64,000 bases of DNA, from assembly GCF_037042905.1 (NCBI RefSeq), contig NC_087245.1:21082001-21146000 (forward strand), written 5' to 3'. Position numbers and translations under genes: made by a program. This document shows, in pieces, positions 13,401 to 23,360 of the stretch (the stretch's first letter is position 1; the number at the start of each line of letters is the position of its first letter). This stretch comes from Lytechinus pictus. Lineage: Eukaryota. Under the pieces are notes generated by a model. The model worked only from the letters and a program-made list of their open reading frames with translations. It was not told where the DNA came from and made no database searches.

Positions 13401-16400
13401 TTTAAAGTGGTTTTCCTTGGGTCAAGATGACCATATATAAAATTCAATCAAATATGTACATTTTGCTTAATTTTTATTTTTTCTTTTAACATGAACAAAA
13501 GCTTTTCTGTTTCCAATCATTGTTTATTCTTATATTGGTTTGTTGCATAAAAAATAAGCAAGCAATAGTATAATGCAATATTATGTTAAAATGCCAAAAT
13601 GATCCGAAAGGCAACAATTTTTTTAATTTATCTTTATTTTTTTAGAGTGGTCAGCGGGGTCAGGTCACTTTCTTGACCCAGGGAATCTGGGAAGTAACAC
13701 AGATCGTTGGCTACAATGCAGAGAGGAACCTTCTCTTCTATTTGAGTACCGAGAATGGATCCATTAACAGAACATTGTATAGGTGAGAGACTTTGAATAC
13801 TGCAATAGACGTGTATGATACTATTACTGTTTATGTTATTCAGGATGGAACTGCTTTTGAATGTGGTTGGTATTTTATCATATCTGCTATAGTATACATT
13901 GACAATTTCTGAACAGTGCTATTAATGATAAGCACTGTATTTATATTTAATTTCTGAAAACAAAACGTATACAGATGAGGAATTATAAATAATTAAAACT
14001 TATGAATAAAATGTCAACAAAACAAGTGATAATAAAAGCAGAGGTGGTAGAGGGTTAAAAAGTGAATTAATCGAAATGGGGGCATGAAATATGACTACGT
14101 AAAGCCGATAAAAATGCTCAAAATATTTTCAGAAAATAACACAATATCAATATAAACTTAATTTCTCATTTTCAAGAGTGTGATAGAGTTTTATCATATT
14201 CTTAATGGATCATTTCTTATCTTCCCATTCAGTTTGAACATTGTGACCAAGGAAAGAACCTGCCTGACATGTAATGTAATTGAAGGCTGTTCCTACGTCA
14301 GTGCAGACTTCAACGACAAGGCGACCCGGTACATCCTACAGTGCTATGGTCCTGATGTACCTCAGACATTCCTTAATTCCATTGACTCTGCAAACTTCAC
14401 AGTTTTGGTAGATAATGCTGGCGTCAAGGCGGCTCTGGCTGACAAGGTTAGTCTTTGACATGTTAGATTCAATTTGAGTGAAGTTTGAAATTCTTTAAGG
14501 GTTCCTTTAAAACCAGTGTTTTACTTGCCTGCTATTCAAAGATATGGTTTCAGAGTGATAATTAGCATGGATCTACATGGTGGAAGATAATCTTGTTTAA
14601 CTCAGATGAAATGATCAAAAGAAGATATTTGATGTTCCTTTTAATAACGTTTTATACAGTAAAATTATTAAATTCATATATCAACTGTTAACTTTCAGTC
14701 TCCTGAACATTTTACTTTTTTTTAGTTGTGTTTCATTTTTTAACATTACTCTGTTAGACCTCAGAATTCAATTAATGAAGAAATTGTATGTCGACAAAGC
14801 TGTAAAAGATATTTTTAAGAATGTACATGTAATTGGTATACTGATGCTTGGAGTGACTTCTATAAATGTAACAATAGATGTCTAATTTCCCTTTGGTATG
14901 AAATAATTTTTTTTCCCTGTACATTTCCACACTGCACTTAAAATTTCTACAAGAATGTGGGACACTACCTCTGAATATTGATATTTTTTTTCAAATGTAG
15001 GATTTTGTGGTTAAGACGTTCCACACTGTCAAGTCTTCAGATGGTAATTTTGACATCCAAATTGAGCTCCTGATTCCACGGTCAATGGATGATCAGCGAA
15101 GGCATCCGTTACTGGTTGATGTCTATGCAGGACCTGGCACACAACAGGTAAGAATAATGTCATCTTATCTGCTTCTCTCTTGAGCTGTAATGGTGTGTTT
15201 CAGCAGTGTGGTGATTAAGGTGGACAATTGTTATCAGTGGCAGCAGTGGGATATATATTACAAACTGTTTTGGTGGCAGAGATAGGATTGTGGTGGTGTC
15301 AATAGTAATAGATGTGATGGGAATGGGATAGGCCTATCAACTGTATTGGCGTACAGCAGTAGGATATTACAAACTGATGTGGTAGCAGAGATGGGATATC
15401 TTTACTATGTTGTCATGCAGCAATGGTAGATGCAATGGTTGGGATGGCATATCACTTGTTTAGGGATGGCAGTAGTGGGGTGATACAAACTGTTGTAGTG
15501 GCAGCGGTGAGATATTTACATTGTGACAGAGTTGAGATTTTTTTTACTTTAGGGGTGGGCAGTAATTGGGTATCCATACTATTTTGGTGGCAGCAGTAGG
15601 ATATGATAAACTGACTGAGAGTTCACTCATGTTCGTGTGGAAAAGTTAAAAATGAGTAAAAGATTGATCTGAAACTAACATGCATAAGGGGTATCTTTTA
15701 GTGATTATCTATTAAAACGTACAATTTCCATAAGCATAATTTTAATTTTCCGGGAGATTGGATTTCTGTAATGCTTTGTTTAGTTTGATCTATGACTGCT
15801 ATTTATGAAACTATTTACAAACAATAATGAGCTATTTTTATGAAGAAGTTTTGTCTTAGTGGTAACATAATTTATGAAAAATTAACCTAGTCATAAGAAT
15901 ACTTTTTATCAAAGTGAAATACCACAATATTTTATAGTTTCTAATCCATTTTAATGGATTACAAGACTCATTTTCTGTGTGTATGTGTGTAACTTTAGCT
16001 CAACCCTACAAATGAATAAATATTGATCAACATCTTCTATATATAATTTTTTTCCTAAGTTTGATAGAAACAATTTATTTCATCCTCTTTTTTTTCTGCA
16101 GGTGGATGCCAAATATCACCAGGGCTGGTATTCATATTTGAGTAGTAATCACCATGTGATTATTGCTCGTATCGATGGGCGTGGATCGGCATACAATGGT
16201 CAGAAGCTACTTTATGAGATCTACAAACGATTGGGCACAGTTGAAATTGAAGATCAAATTACAGCTACAGAGTATGTTGGCTTTTTAATATAACTTTATG
16301 ATGATAACATTGATCTCATATTTCAAGCATTTAATGGACACTTAAAAGGATTTCATATTCTAGTTTTTGTAAAACTTGGGCCAGAGAAATTTTGAACATT

Positions 16401-19400
16401 GGTCATTAGATTGCAAGATGATTATTATTGCTGACAGAATTATTGTCCTTCGCCTTTGTGTAGTAATTGAAAGCAGAAGTATCAACATCTTTATTTGTTA
16501 CGATATAAAAACTAACCATACTTCTGAGATATATTCTATTTGATTGTGTGTAAAATCTACAATGCCTCAGAATTGTAAAATCAATTAGGAGTGTTTATTT
16601 GCATAATTGTCATATTTTAAAAGTAAATCATATATTTTATTTGAATACATGTTATATTGTTCATACAAGCTATTATGAAATTATGTTCTTTCCCCATTTC
16701 AAATTTGGTTTTAATTTTTTAATTTCATCCAGCTATTTATTGGATACGTATCGTTACTTGGACTGGAACAAAACAGCTATTTGGGGATGGGTGAGTACTC
16801 ATAAACGTCCATTTTTTTAGTTTAAGAATTGTTTAAGAGTTGTTTTTTTAGGAACAAGTATTTTGGACATATAATTGATGAGCTTTATATTTTCAATCTG
16901 ACATTACTTTATAAGGTTGCTCACATTCACTAATAAACTGGAAGAGATCTCTTTCCATGTCCACAGAAAAGGACAAAACACTGCTAACAACATTTAGAGT
17001 TGACAGAATAATTGAGAAATAATTACGCATCAAAGCATTTTTATGATATGAGTGGTAAAAATTAGTTTATAATTTTATTTAAATATTAATGATATCTATT
17101 TGGCTTCCTTTACCATTCATATTTAGTCATATGGAGGTTTTGCTGCAACGTTAGCTGCTACATATGGTAAATTCAACTGTACAATGGCTGTAGCCCCTGT
17201 CACCGATTGGAGATTTTATGGTAAGATATAATAAATGAATATTACAATAGAAATTTTAACCAAAAAAATCTGAATTTCGTCTATAAATCATAATGTTTAA
17301 GCTAAGTGTTTTCATATATGTACTTTCAGGTTTAAAAAGTATTACCTTACATCATTTATATGATTTCTATTGTAAATTAACAAGTAATTCAATATTTCTT
17401 CATTAGTGTAATGGGATTGTGCAATATTTTATCAGTGGTTTCCTGTGAAAGCTCAAATGCGTGTAGGCAACAGTAATGAAATTTTCTTTCGTTACCCTCA
17501 TCCCATAGATAAAGATTTTTACCCTCTTTTTTGTTCTTGTTTTTCAACTTATTGGGAGTTTGTATACATTATACTCTTGTTTCTGTTTATGATAGTTGGA
17601 AAAGCTAAACCCAGATTCAATTCCCCCTTCTTTTTCTCTTACAGATTCTGTATATACTGAAAAATATATGGGATTACCAAAAGCAACAGATAATTTACAA
17701 GCTTACAAGGTAAGACAACTTTGTTTTCTTCTGAAGATAAGCATTAAAAAATGTTCTAAAAATATCTTTAGTACAAGATATGAACACACATTTACTTTTC
17801 TGGCTCATATGTGAGGGGGAATGATGTCTAAGCTTCATAATGTGATAGATACAGTAGTTGCTATACTAGTGGGCTTAATTTATTGTTACTATTATTTTTA
17901 TTTTCAAAATGTATTTAAAGCCTTGATAATGATTAAATAATGTGAATTATACTCAGGTATCATCTAACAATCACAATTTTCAAAGGTCTAGTGGCCAGTG
18001 AATCATTTTAGCTGTATATGCGAAAATTTAAGGACATACACATTCATATGATGTATATAGGAATAACCGAAACAGTGACGGTCTGACCTTTATAATCGAT
18101 ACCATAACTATTAGGAGTAGTGTTTGCATAAGTGGTTCTTTCTAATATTTCATTTGTCATGATCCAGGTGCAAACTGGTGAATATACCATGAATGTATGG
18201 AAGACTTGCTACTTTACTCTAATCATTTTTGTCTTTGACCTTTTTGTTTGTTTCAGGATTCCAACATATCTGCACGTGCATCAGGGCTTCATAATACAAA
18301 ATATCTCCTGGTACATGGCTTAGCAGATGGTAAGATATGAAATGTTTTATTTTAAGAATATTTCCAATAAAGATATTCATCAAACAAATTAAGATATATA
18401 AGATATAAGTGATATAGATATATATTTGTTACTAAACCAACATTTTGGTTAACGTAACCAATCACTCTAAAAAGTCAAAACTAGAGTACCAGCTAGGCAT
18501 ACAGTGACCAAACTTCTGATGAACATTGCTGGCTGAAAATGTTCCATAATACATGCAGATACTTGTAATTTCTGTACTTTAATAATAATAATATATAGCA
18601 TTTATTAGGCACCTATTAACTAGTTGCCTATTCAATATGGCGCATATATTACCCTGGCTATCACTCCAGCTGCTCAAGGCGCTTGGTGCATTCAAGGAAC
18701 TAATCTTGTCGGGGACCCATTCACTTCATCTAGGTTGACTGCAGTACAATGTGGGTAAATTTCTTGCTGAAGGAAAACACACCATGACTGGCCGGGATTG
18801 GAACCCATGTCCCTCTAATCGAAAGACAAGATTTGTAAACCACTAGACCATGATGCCCCCATCTAGTGTCTTCCATTAGATCTTTAATCTGTGCATATTG
18901 TTATGGTCTGTTTATCATACATTATACAAGCATCTAAGTTATAACAACTAACTAAGCTCACGTCTCCCTGGACGTCTCTGGTGTCCTAGATTAAACTAAA
19001 CCCATTACCTCCTGGAACCAGGTGATCCTTTTACAAAGCCTATGTAAATCACAGAATTAAGTAGTCAATAGGTTAAAGGATGATTTTGGAATTCACTGTT
19101 GGGAATAAGAGGGATGCCCCAAGGTCGATGTCAGTACATAGCAGAATGATATGATACAGACCAAGCAACCTATTACCTTTCCCAGCATATGAAGAAGATA
19201 ACAAATTGTTTGAATAAAATTACATAAAAGCATTCATTACAAATGAGATGAAACTACAGAAATGTATATTACTGAGGTTGTGTATCACCAAATCATTACA
19301 CATTGCATCATGTAGAGGTGTTGTGGCTCAGTGGATAAGTCTCTGGACTTTCAATTACAACTTCCAGGGTTCAAATCCCACTGCAGCTCTTGCGTCCTTA

Positions 19401-20425
19401 GGCGAGGCGTTTATATACATTTGCCACTCTCCACCCAGGTGTAGTAAATGGGTACCAGGGAGGAAGGAATTCATTAAATGCTTGAGCGTCTGATCAGGGT
19501 AGCTGTGCTGATTCCGGGGTCTGCACCGCTTGTATTAAGTGTAATGTTGCATATTATTATCTTTATTCTACAGCTTTGTAACATATATTATCTCTTTTCC
19601 CCTTCAGATAATGTACATTTCCAAAATTCAGCCAATTTGGTGAAAGCTTTAGTACAGGAGGGTGTACAACATCAAGTACAGGTAAGATACATGTGACTGA
19701 TTTGTGATGATGATTTGTTTAGTGGGCAGATAATGATACTGATTGAAAGTGATAATTATCTGGGGTTATGATGATGAAGATGATACTGACATACTAATAA
19801 TATTCGTCATGATGATAGAAGACAATCGACAGGATCCTACAAGAGATAAATAGAAAATTTATATTGCTTTTTAATGGTTTCTAATACTAGTAGACCATCA
19901 GAATCGTGCTGGGTCCACAGAGGACCCATATATGCCTGTATTCTGAAGTCCAGTTTAATTTAGGGAAGCCAAAATGTCAAAATTTGTGTTAATGTTGTAT
20001 GTTTCTTATTCTGACTGTGCTCTTAAATTTCAGTTGTTATTCGCAGACAGTTGAGAATGATCTGAGTAGCAGATGAACTAATAAATCGAGTCTGTACTGT
20101 AAGAGAATTTTATCATGATTGGCTATATATCCATGGTTAAACCACCATTTTAGACTTTAAATAAAACCCAGAGTCAGATTATGAGCCATAGGTCCCATTA
20201 GATACCCACATATTCAGTTGGTCTTATACATGTTGATACTGATATAAGAATGTTGTTATCGATGAAGACATTGTTTGAAGCTAGTAGTATAATATTAAGT
20301 TACTTTGCTTTCTTTTACAGTATTATACAGATGAGAACCACGCCTTAGGAGACCCAATGGTACAAAAGGATCTCTACCGTGTGCTCACAGATTTCTTAGT
20401 CCGCTCATTTGACCTGAAATGCTGA
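1363..20425 (+). CDS. DPP4-like: Dipeptidyl peptidase 4 family (S9B; DPP4/FAP/DPP6/DPP10-like) type II membrane protein, 20 visible coding exons, 5'-incomplete, predicted catalytically active
   Basis: Manual splicing with GT-AG introns and consistent phases: 1363-1477, 5820-5912, 6592-6686, 7537-7664, 8394-8484, 9657-9777, 10280-10410, 11015-11136, 11533-11695, 13081-13188, 13646-13782, 14233-14446, 15001-15147, 16102-16271, 16733-16790, 17127-17220, 17645-17709, 18257-18329, 19608-19681, 20321-20425 (sum 2304 nt, no internal stop). Family motifs: NGVPDWVYEEEI, YPKPG, VYAGPG, DGRGS, WGWSYGG, VAPVTDW, HGLADDNVH, YTDENH. Exact orthology within the family needs a phylogeny. Confidence 0.96.
5820..5912 (+). 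CDS. DPP4-family exon 2: (G)TDLRIYSKYTFEDIFDPQYQPTYYDAVWLT
   Basis: cctcag acceptor, gttagt donor, phase 1-1. Confidence 0.9.
6592..6686 (+). CDS. DPP4-family exon 3: (E)DEYVLRNSTNNIVAVDVAANETTLLISNRTM
   Basis: gtcag acceptor, gtaagg donor, phase 1-0. Confidence 0.9.
7537..7664 (+). CDS. DPP4-family exon 4: DEEGIIRIWVHPDKQYILLSSDEQQIFRNSFEAVYKIYDVKK
   Basis: ttacag acceptor, gtgagt donor, phase 0-2; FRNSF corresponds to DPP4 WRHSY (Arg125). Confidence 0.92.
8394..8484 (+). CDS. DPP4-family exon 5: SVIKTLTPPSVTDGPVPLRYASWVPNSAGL
   Basis: tctag acceptor, gtaagc donor, phase 2-0. Confidence 0.92.
8575..8772. repeat. Compound (ATT)/(CAC)/(CAT)n microsatellite in a DPP intron
   Basis: Visible trinucleotide runs; source of the His-rich and Val/Met-rich spurious ORFs. 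Confidence 0.9.
9168..9360. mobile_element. Short MITE-like element with internal (CCCTAA)-like repeats
   Basis: Ends ggttccatgacaattgctcc ... ggagcaaatgtcgtgtcacc are imperfect inverted repeats; internal cctaaccctaaacctaa. Confidence 0.6.
9657..9777 (+). CDS. DPP4-family exon 6: IFIYKNNLYYQNAVNNDPVAVTTDGIEGEVFNGVPDWVYE
   Basis: tttcag acceptor, gtaaaa donor, phase 0-1; NGVPDWVYE motif. Confidence 0.95.
10280..10410 (+). CDS. DPP4-family exon 7: (E)EILSDDDALYWNKDGSRLVFAQFNDTQVPKAWYPCYENKVYSE
   Basis: atcag acceptor, gtaaga donor, phase 1-0; completes the Glu-Glu motif. Confidence 0.95.
11015..11136 (+). CDS. DPP4-family exon 8: IKYVNYPKPGYPNPTIKLLVMPVEDATNLVQLQPPRQFQD
   Basis: ttgtag acceptor, gtaagt donor, phase 0-2; YPKPG..NPT motif. 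Confidence 0.95.
11533..11695 (+). CDS. DPP4-family exon 9: EYYYRSVVWKDRYQVAVTWWNRPQNVSVTTICQVDTGVCDLNYEQETPNGWIVQ
   Basis: ttctag acceptor, gtcagt donor, phase 2-0. Confidence 0.95.
12104..13022. mobile_element. Non-autonomous Crypton-like element, copy 1 (intronic; inverted relative to 62897-63719)
   Basis: Reverse-complement similarity along its length to 62897-63719; two pairs of short inverted repeats; no TSD seen. Repeat status is direct, the Crypton label is inference. Confidence 0.7.
12775..12903. mobile_element. PIF/Harbinger-like MITE nested in the Crypton-like copy 1
   Basis: TIRs cccgtaacacaaaggttagc / gctaacctttgtgttacggg; CTG/CGG flanks; absent from the paralogous copy near 63013. 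Confidence 0.85.
13081..13188 (+). CDS. DPP4-family exon 10: RGDIIFAEDGLSYFTILPEREGPRGSFYHIAQVTAE
   Basis: ttgcag acceptor, gtcagt donor, phase 0-0. Confidence 0.92.
13646..13782 (+). CDS. DPP4-family exon 11: SGQRGQVTFLTQGIWEVTQIVGYNAERNLLFYLSTENGSINRTLY
   Basis: ttttag acceptor, gtgaga donor, phase 0-2; LTxGxWEV motif. Confidence 0.95.
14233..14446 (+). CDS. DPP4-family exon 12: LNIVTKERTCLTCNVIEGCSYVSADF...YILQCYGPDVP...KAALADK
   Basis: attcag acceptor, gttagt donor, phase 2-0; CLTC..C..CxGP cysteine cluster. Confidence 0.95.
15001..15147 (+). CDS. DPP4-family exon 13: DFVVKTFHTVKSSDGNFDIQIELLIPRSMDDQRRHPLLVDVYAGPGTQQ
   Basis: atgtag acceptor, gtaaga donor, phase 0-0; VYAGP (oxyanion Tyr547 equivalent). 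Confidence 0.95.
15230..15615. repeat. Degenerate minisatellite (about 110-120 nt period) in a DPP intron
   Basis: Recurring gcagcagtrggata...aaactg blocks near 15260, 15369, 15486 and 15607. Confidence 0.6.
16102..16271 (+). CDS. DPP4-family exon 14: VDAKYHQGWYSYLSSNHHVIIARIDGRGSAYNGQKLLYEIYKRLGTVEIEDQITAT
   Basis: ctgcag acceptor, gtatgt donor, phase 0-2; DGRGS and LGTVEIEDQI motifs. Confidence 0.96.
16733..16790 (+). CDS. DPP4-family exon 15: YLLDTYRYLDWNKTAIWGW
   Basis: atccag acceptor, gtgagt donor, phase 2-0. Confidence 0.95.
17127..17220 (+). CDS. DPP4-family exon 16: SYGGFAATLAATYGKFNCTMAVAPVTDWRFY (catalytic Ser codon 17127-17129)
   Basis: atttag acceptor, gtaaga donor, phase 0-1. 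Confidence 0.96.
17645..17709 (+). CDS. DPP4-family exon 17: (D)SVYTEKYMGLPKATDNLQAYK
   Basis: ttacag acceptor, gtaaga donor, phase 1-0. Confidence 0.96.
18257..18329 (+). CDS. DPP4-family exon 18: DSNISARASGLHNTKYLLVHGLAD (catalytic Asp codon 18326-18328)
   Basis: tttcag acceptor, gtaaga donor, phase 0-1. Confidence 0.96.
18580..18860 (-). mobile_element. tRNA-derived SINE
   Basis: Minus-strand A box TGGTCTAGTGG (18840-18850), B box GGTTCCAATCCC (18794-18805), (ATT)n tail at about 18580-18592. Confidence 0.8.
19315..19560 (+). mobile_element. tRNA-derived SINE
   Basis: A box TGGCTCAGTGG (19324-19334), B box GGTTCAAATCCC (19368-19379), core ccacccaggtgtagtaaatgggtacc, attattat tail. Confidence 0.8.
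19608..19681 (+). CDS. DPP4-family exon 19: (D)NVHFQNSANLVKALVQEGVQHQVQ
   Basis: cttcag acceptor, gtaaga donor, phase 1-0. Confidence 0.96.
19933..20187. mobile_element. Degenerate MITE, same family as 45036-45347
   Basis: Ends gcctgtattctgaagt / agtcagattatgagcc; ATA flanks. Confidence 0.6.
20321..20425 (+). CDS. DPP4-family last coding exon: YYTDENHALGDPMVQKDLYRVLTDFLVRSFDLKC* (catalytic His codon 20339-20341)
   Basis: ttacag acceptor; TGA at 20423-20425. Confidence 0.96.
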   Translation, partial: YYTDENHALGDPMVQKDLYRVLTDFLVRSFDLKC

Positions 20426-23360
20426 CCTTCAATGTTTGACCCCTGACCCTATGACCTTTCTCCCATAGAATAGTGACCTTCATTTCCAGATGGGTCATCT
20501 TCCCTACCCCCTACCACCTTCCCTGATCCACTGAATGCCAGGGCCCCGTCTTACAAAGAGTTGAGATTGATCCAATCAACCACAACTATGGAAAGCCAGC
20601 AGCGTCAACATCTAAAAAAACATGTTTGTTCAAAATATTTTCTATAGATATGATCTATATTCATACATTCATAGTCTTCTTGAAAATTCAGTTTGCTTCT
20701 CTTTGTTTACAAAGGACATTATGCAAAAGTCCTGAAGAAAAGACATGTTGATGGGTTTCTGTATACTTGAGGTTGATCGGATCAATCGTAACTCTTTGTA
20801 AGACGGGGCCTAGATGTGTTCCTGTTTTACAAGACATTCAAATCCAGATTCCCACTAAAGAGATGTATGAGGCCATAGCAAGTGGTTATCAATATCTTTT
20901 CTAATGAAATATTTGCTATGAATTTCATTTTATTAAACTTTAAATCTCTGAGGCCATATCAAATGGTTATTAGCTTTTTGTACTGAAATGTTTGCTATGA
21001 TTTTTATTTTGTTTGAAATCCTTTTAAGATGCAATAGATTCATCTTATTAGATATAACTGTGCCTGAAAATATGATGTCCATTTGGGATTATAATGAATT
21101 ATGTCAAACATGTCGAGATCGATTCTTGCCCATCGAGGAAAGTTTTATTTTGCTCTTTTTTATTCAACATAAGGACAGTTGTCTTATTTCATTTTCTTTT
21201 TACTATGTCAACAGAATTCAAAAAATAATTTGGAAAATGGTTGACTCTTACTTCAATTTAACATTTGTTTTTCAACGGGATTGTTTGGATTAACAATATA
21301 ATTTACGATAATGCTCTAAATTACTGATATATTTGAATAATTATGAGATTTTTTTCACTTGGTAGCATTTCAATGGAAAATGAAAACACCATAGCAAAAG
21401 TTGCTGTGTCAATTGAATTACTGGATAAGCAATGTAATATCGGCAAAACTAAAATTAAATACAAATTATCCTCATATTCATTGAATGTTACCCAATTAGC
21501 AATGATTGATTTTTGTATTCCTTCCACCTTCCCCATCATATTGATTTGATTTTGATTCAGATATGCTTTCTTTCAAGATTTTGTACATAATCATAAAACC
21601 AAATATGTTATATACGCAGTGTTTTTTATCAAGAGAAAACGTTCAAAAAGTCAGCCTTATAGTCATGTAAATGACTTGTTTATATGATGCAAAGTTATAT
21701 GAAAATTGAATGAAATGGTATGTGATCGTTTGATATTTTGTATTATGCAAAGTTTAGTATTTATTTAAAAATCAATGTCATCATTGCTTTGTGGCTTCAT
21801 TCTTGTGGAATGGCTCCAATTGTTTTTTCAATTTCTTTTCATTGCAGTAGCATTGTAAAGAAGTGTACATGTGTGTAATTTTGTATAGTCCGTTTATGGA
21901 AAATGGAGCTATTATGTACTCTATCTCAAAACATATAAATGACATCAGGAGTCTTCTGCATATTGATTTAAAGTTGATTTAATTGTGATATGTTATTGCA
22001 TAAACGCATGAAGCCAGAATGCAAAATGAACATCCCGACTATTATGCATCTGATTCAATTGGTATAAGCTCAGTAGATAAGAAATGGGTTAAATATTGAA
22101 GTTATCCTTTCAGTAATTGATTGTGCAGAATAAGGGAAATAGTAAAAAAAAAAAGAGGTAGGTGGTCTTTCTAGATAATTAATTTGAAGAGAATTAATAT
22201 CTGTTATGGAAAACTAAGAAAATTCAGTTGGGACATGCAATAAAGCCAAATTTATTTCAGTCTTTGCCTACTATAAAAGGTAGTATTTGAGTGGCATAAG
22301 AGATCTTGTAAAGCAAGGTCAATGTGCATGCATGTACATCAAGGTCAAATCCAATGGGTTACGCAATATATGATTTATGAGTTATCAATGCTATAAATAT
22401 GTGCTGTGTTTTAATGTTGTTTTTATTGCCGTTTATATACAATTCCCATCAGAATTTGCAATTTTTTTATGATCATGGTATCTGGGGACGTTCCATGAAG
22501 ATTTACATTTTAAATAGTTCATTGCTGATTTTAAATACTTAAATTCAGTGAATGGCCTGTAATATTATCATTACAATTAAATCATTGAATACATTCCATA
22601 TCTACCAACCCTGGAAATCTAACATTTTACTTTGCCCTTATAATTGAAGAAGTAGTATTTTTATTGAACAGGGGTTATATAACTGAAGTGTATCTCTAAC
22701 ATTGCTAGATCAAGCAATACCAGACTCTTGTGAAATAAATCATATTCATTCAGTGGCTGGAAAATATGTATTACAAGTACACTTTCTCATATTTGAAAGT
22801 AAGAAATCAATATTGAGCAGATATATAAAGAGCTATGCCAAAGCATTGGTATGGACTAAATAAATTCTTTTGATTTAAAAAAAAAAAATTTGGGGGGATA
22901 TGAGCTGTCTAAATACCTATTAGAGGAGCATTATAAATGCACAAAGCTAAATGGGCTTTTAAAAATCTGAATTTTAGAACACCCATGTTTCAATTTTCAT
23001 ATTTTATTTTGTGGTTCTTAGATCCAGGTCACTTTTTCAATTATTTAATGGAATACTTTTCAATAGGGAACCAGACATGAATGGTTTTTGAAAAGTTGAG
23101 AATCATACTTCATTGAAATACATTATGAATTTCACAGGGTGTAACTCTGTTTTATGTAGCAAAAAAAAATGTAAAATGTGGTTGCACGTTTATGTGTGTA
23201 TATCAATGCTCAGTACCTCCTTATGGTATGGAATTTCTTTTGAAAGCCACTATGATGTACTTCCAAAACAAGAGAATTTATTCATACTGATTTTTTTTTT
23301 GTGTTTGTCACCATGTAACGTTGTAAATATATGCACAATTAAAGTAATATGTACATGAGT
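20426..23360 (+). other. Probable long 3' UTR of the DPP4-family gene with candidate poly(A) signals
   Basis: AT-rich, largely repeat-poor tract after the stop; AATAAA at 22239, 22734 and 22859, ATTAAA at 23338. True end unknown. Confidence 0.45.
20542..20810. mobile_element. PIF/Harbinger-like MITE in the 3' UTR
   Basis: About 40-nt TIR ggccccgtcttacaaagagtt...atcaacc with 3 mismatches; CAG/TAG flanks. Confidence 0.85.

Noticed and set aside
18790..19385. tRNA-like sequences with A and B boxes
   Set aside because: Degenerate heads followed by SINE core and simple-repeat tails; no convincing cloverleaf or oligo-T terminator
20423..20446. Stop-codon readthrough at TGA-C
   Set aside because: Context is TGA CCT, not the strong TGA CTA G, and another TGA follows after six codons
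20410..20482. Cluster of TGACC/TGACCT motifs around the stop codon
   Set aside because: Short motifs common in this genome's repeats; no support for a regulatory role from sequence alone
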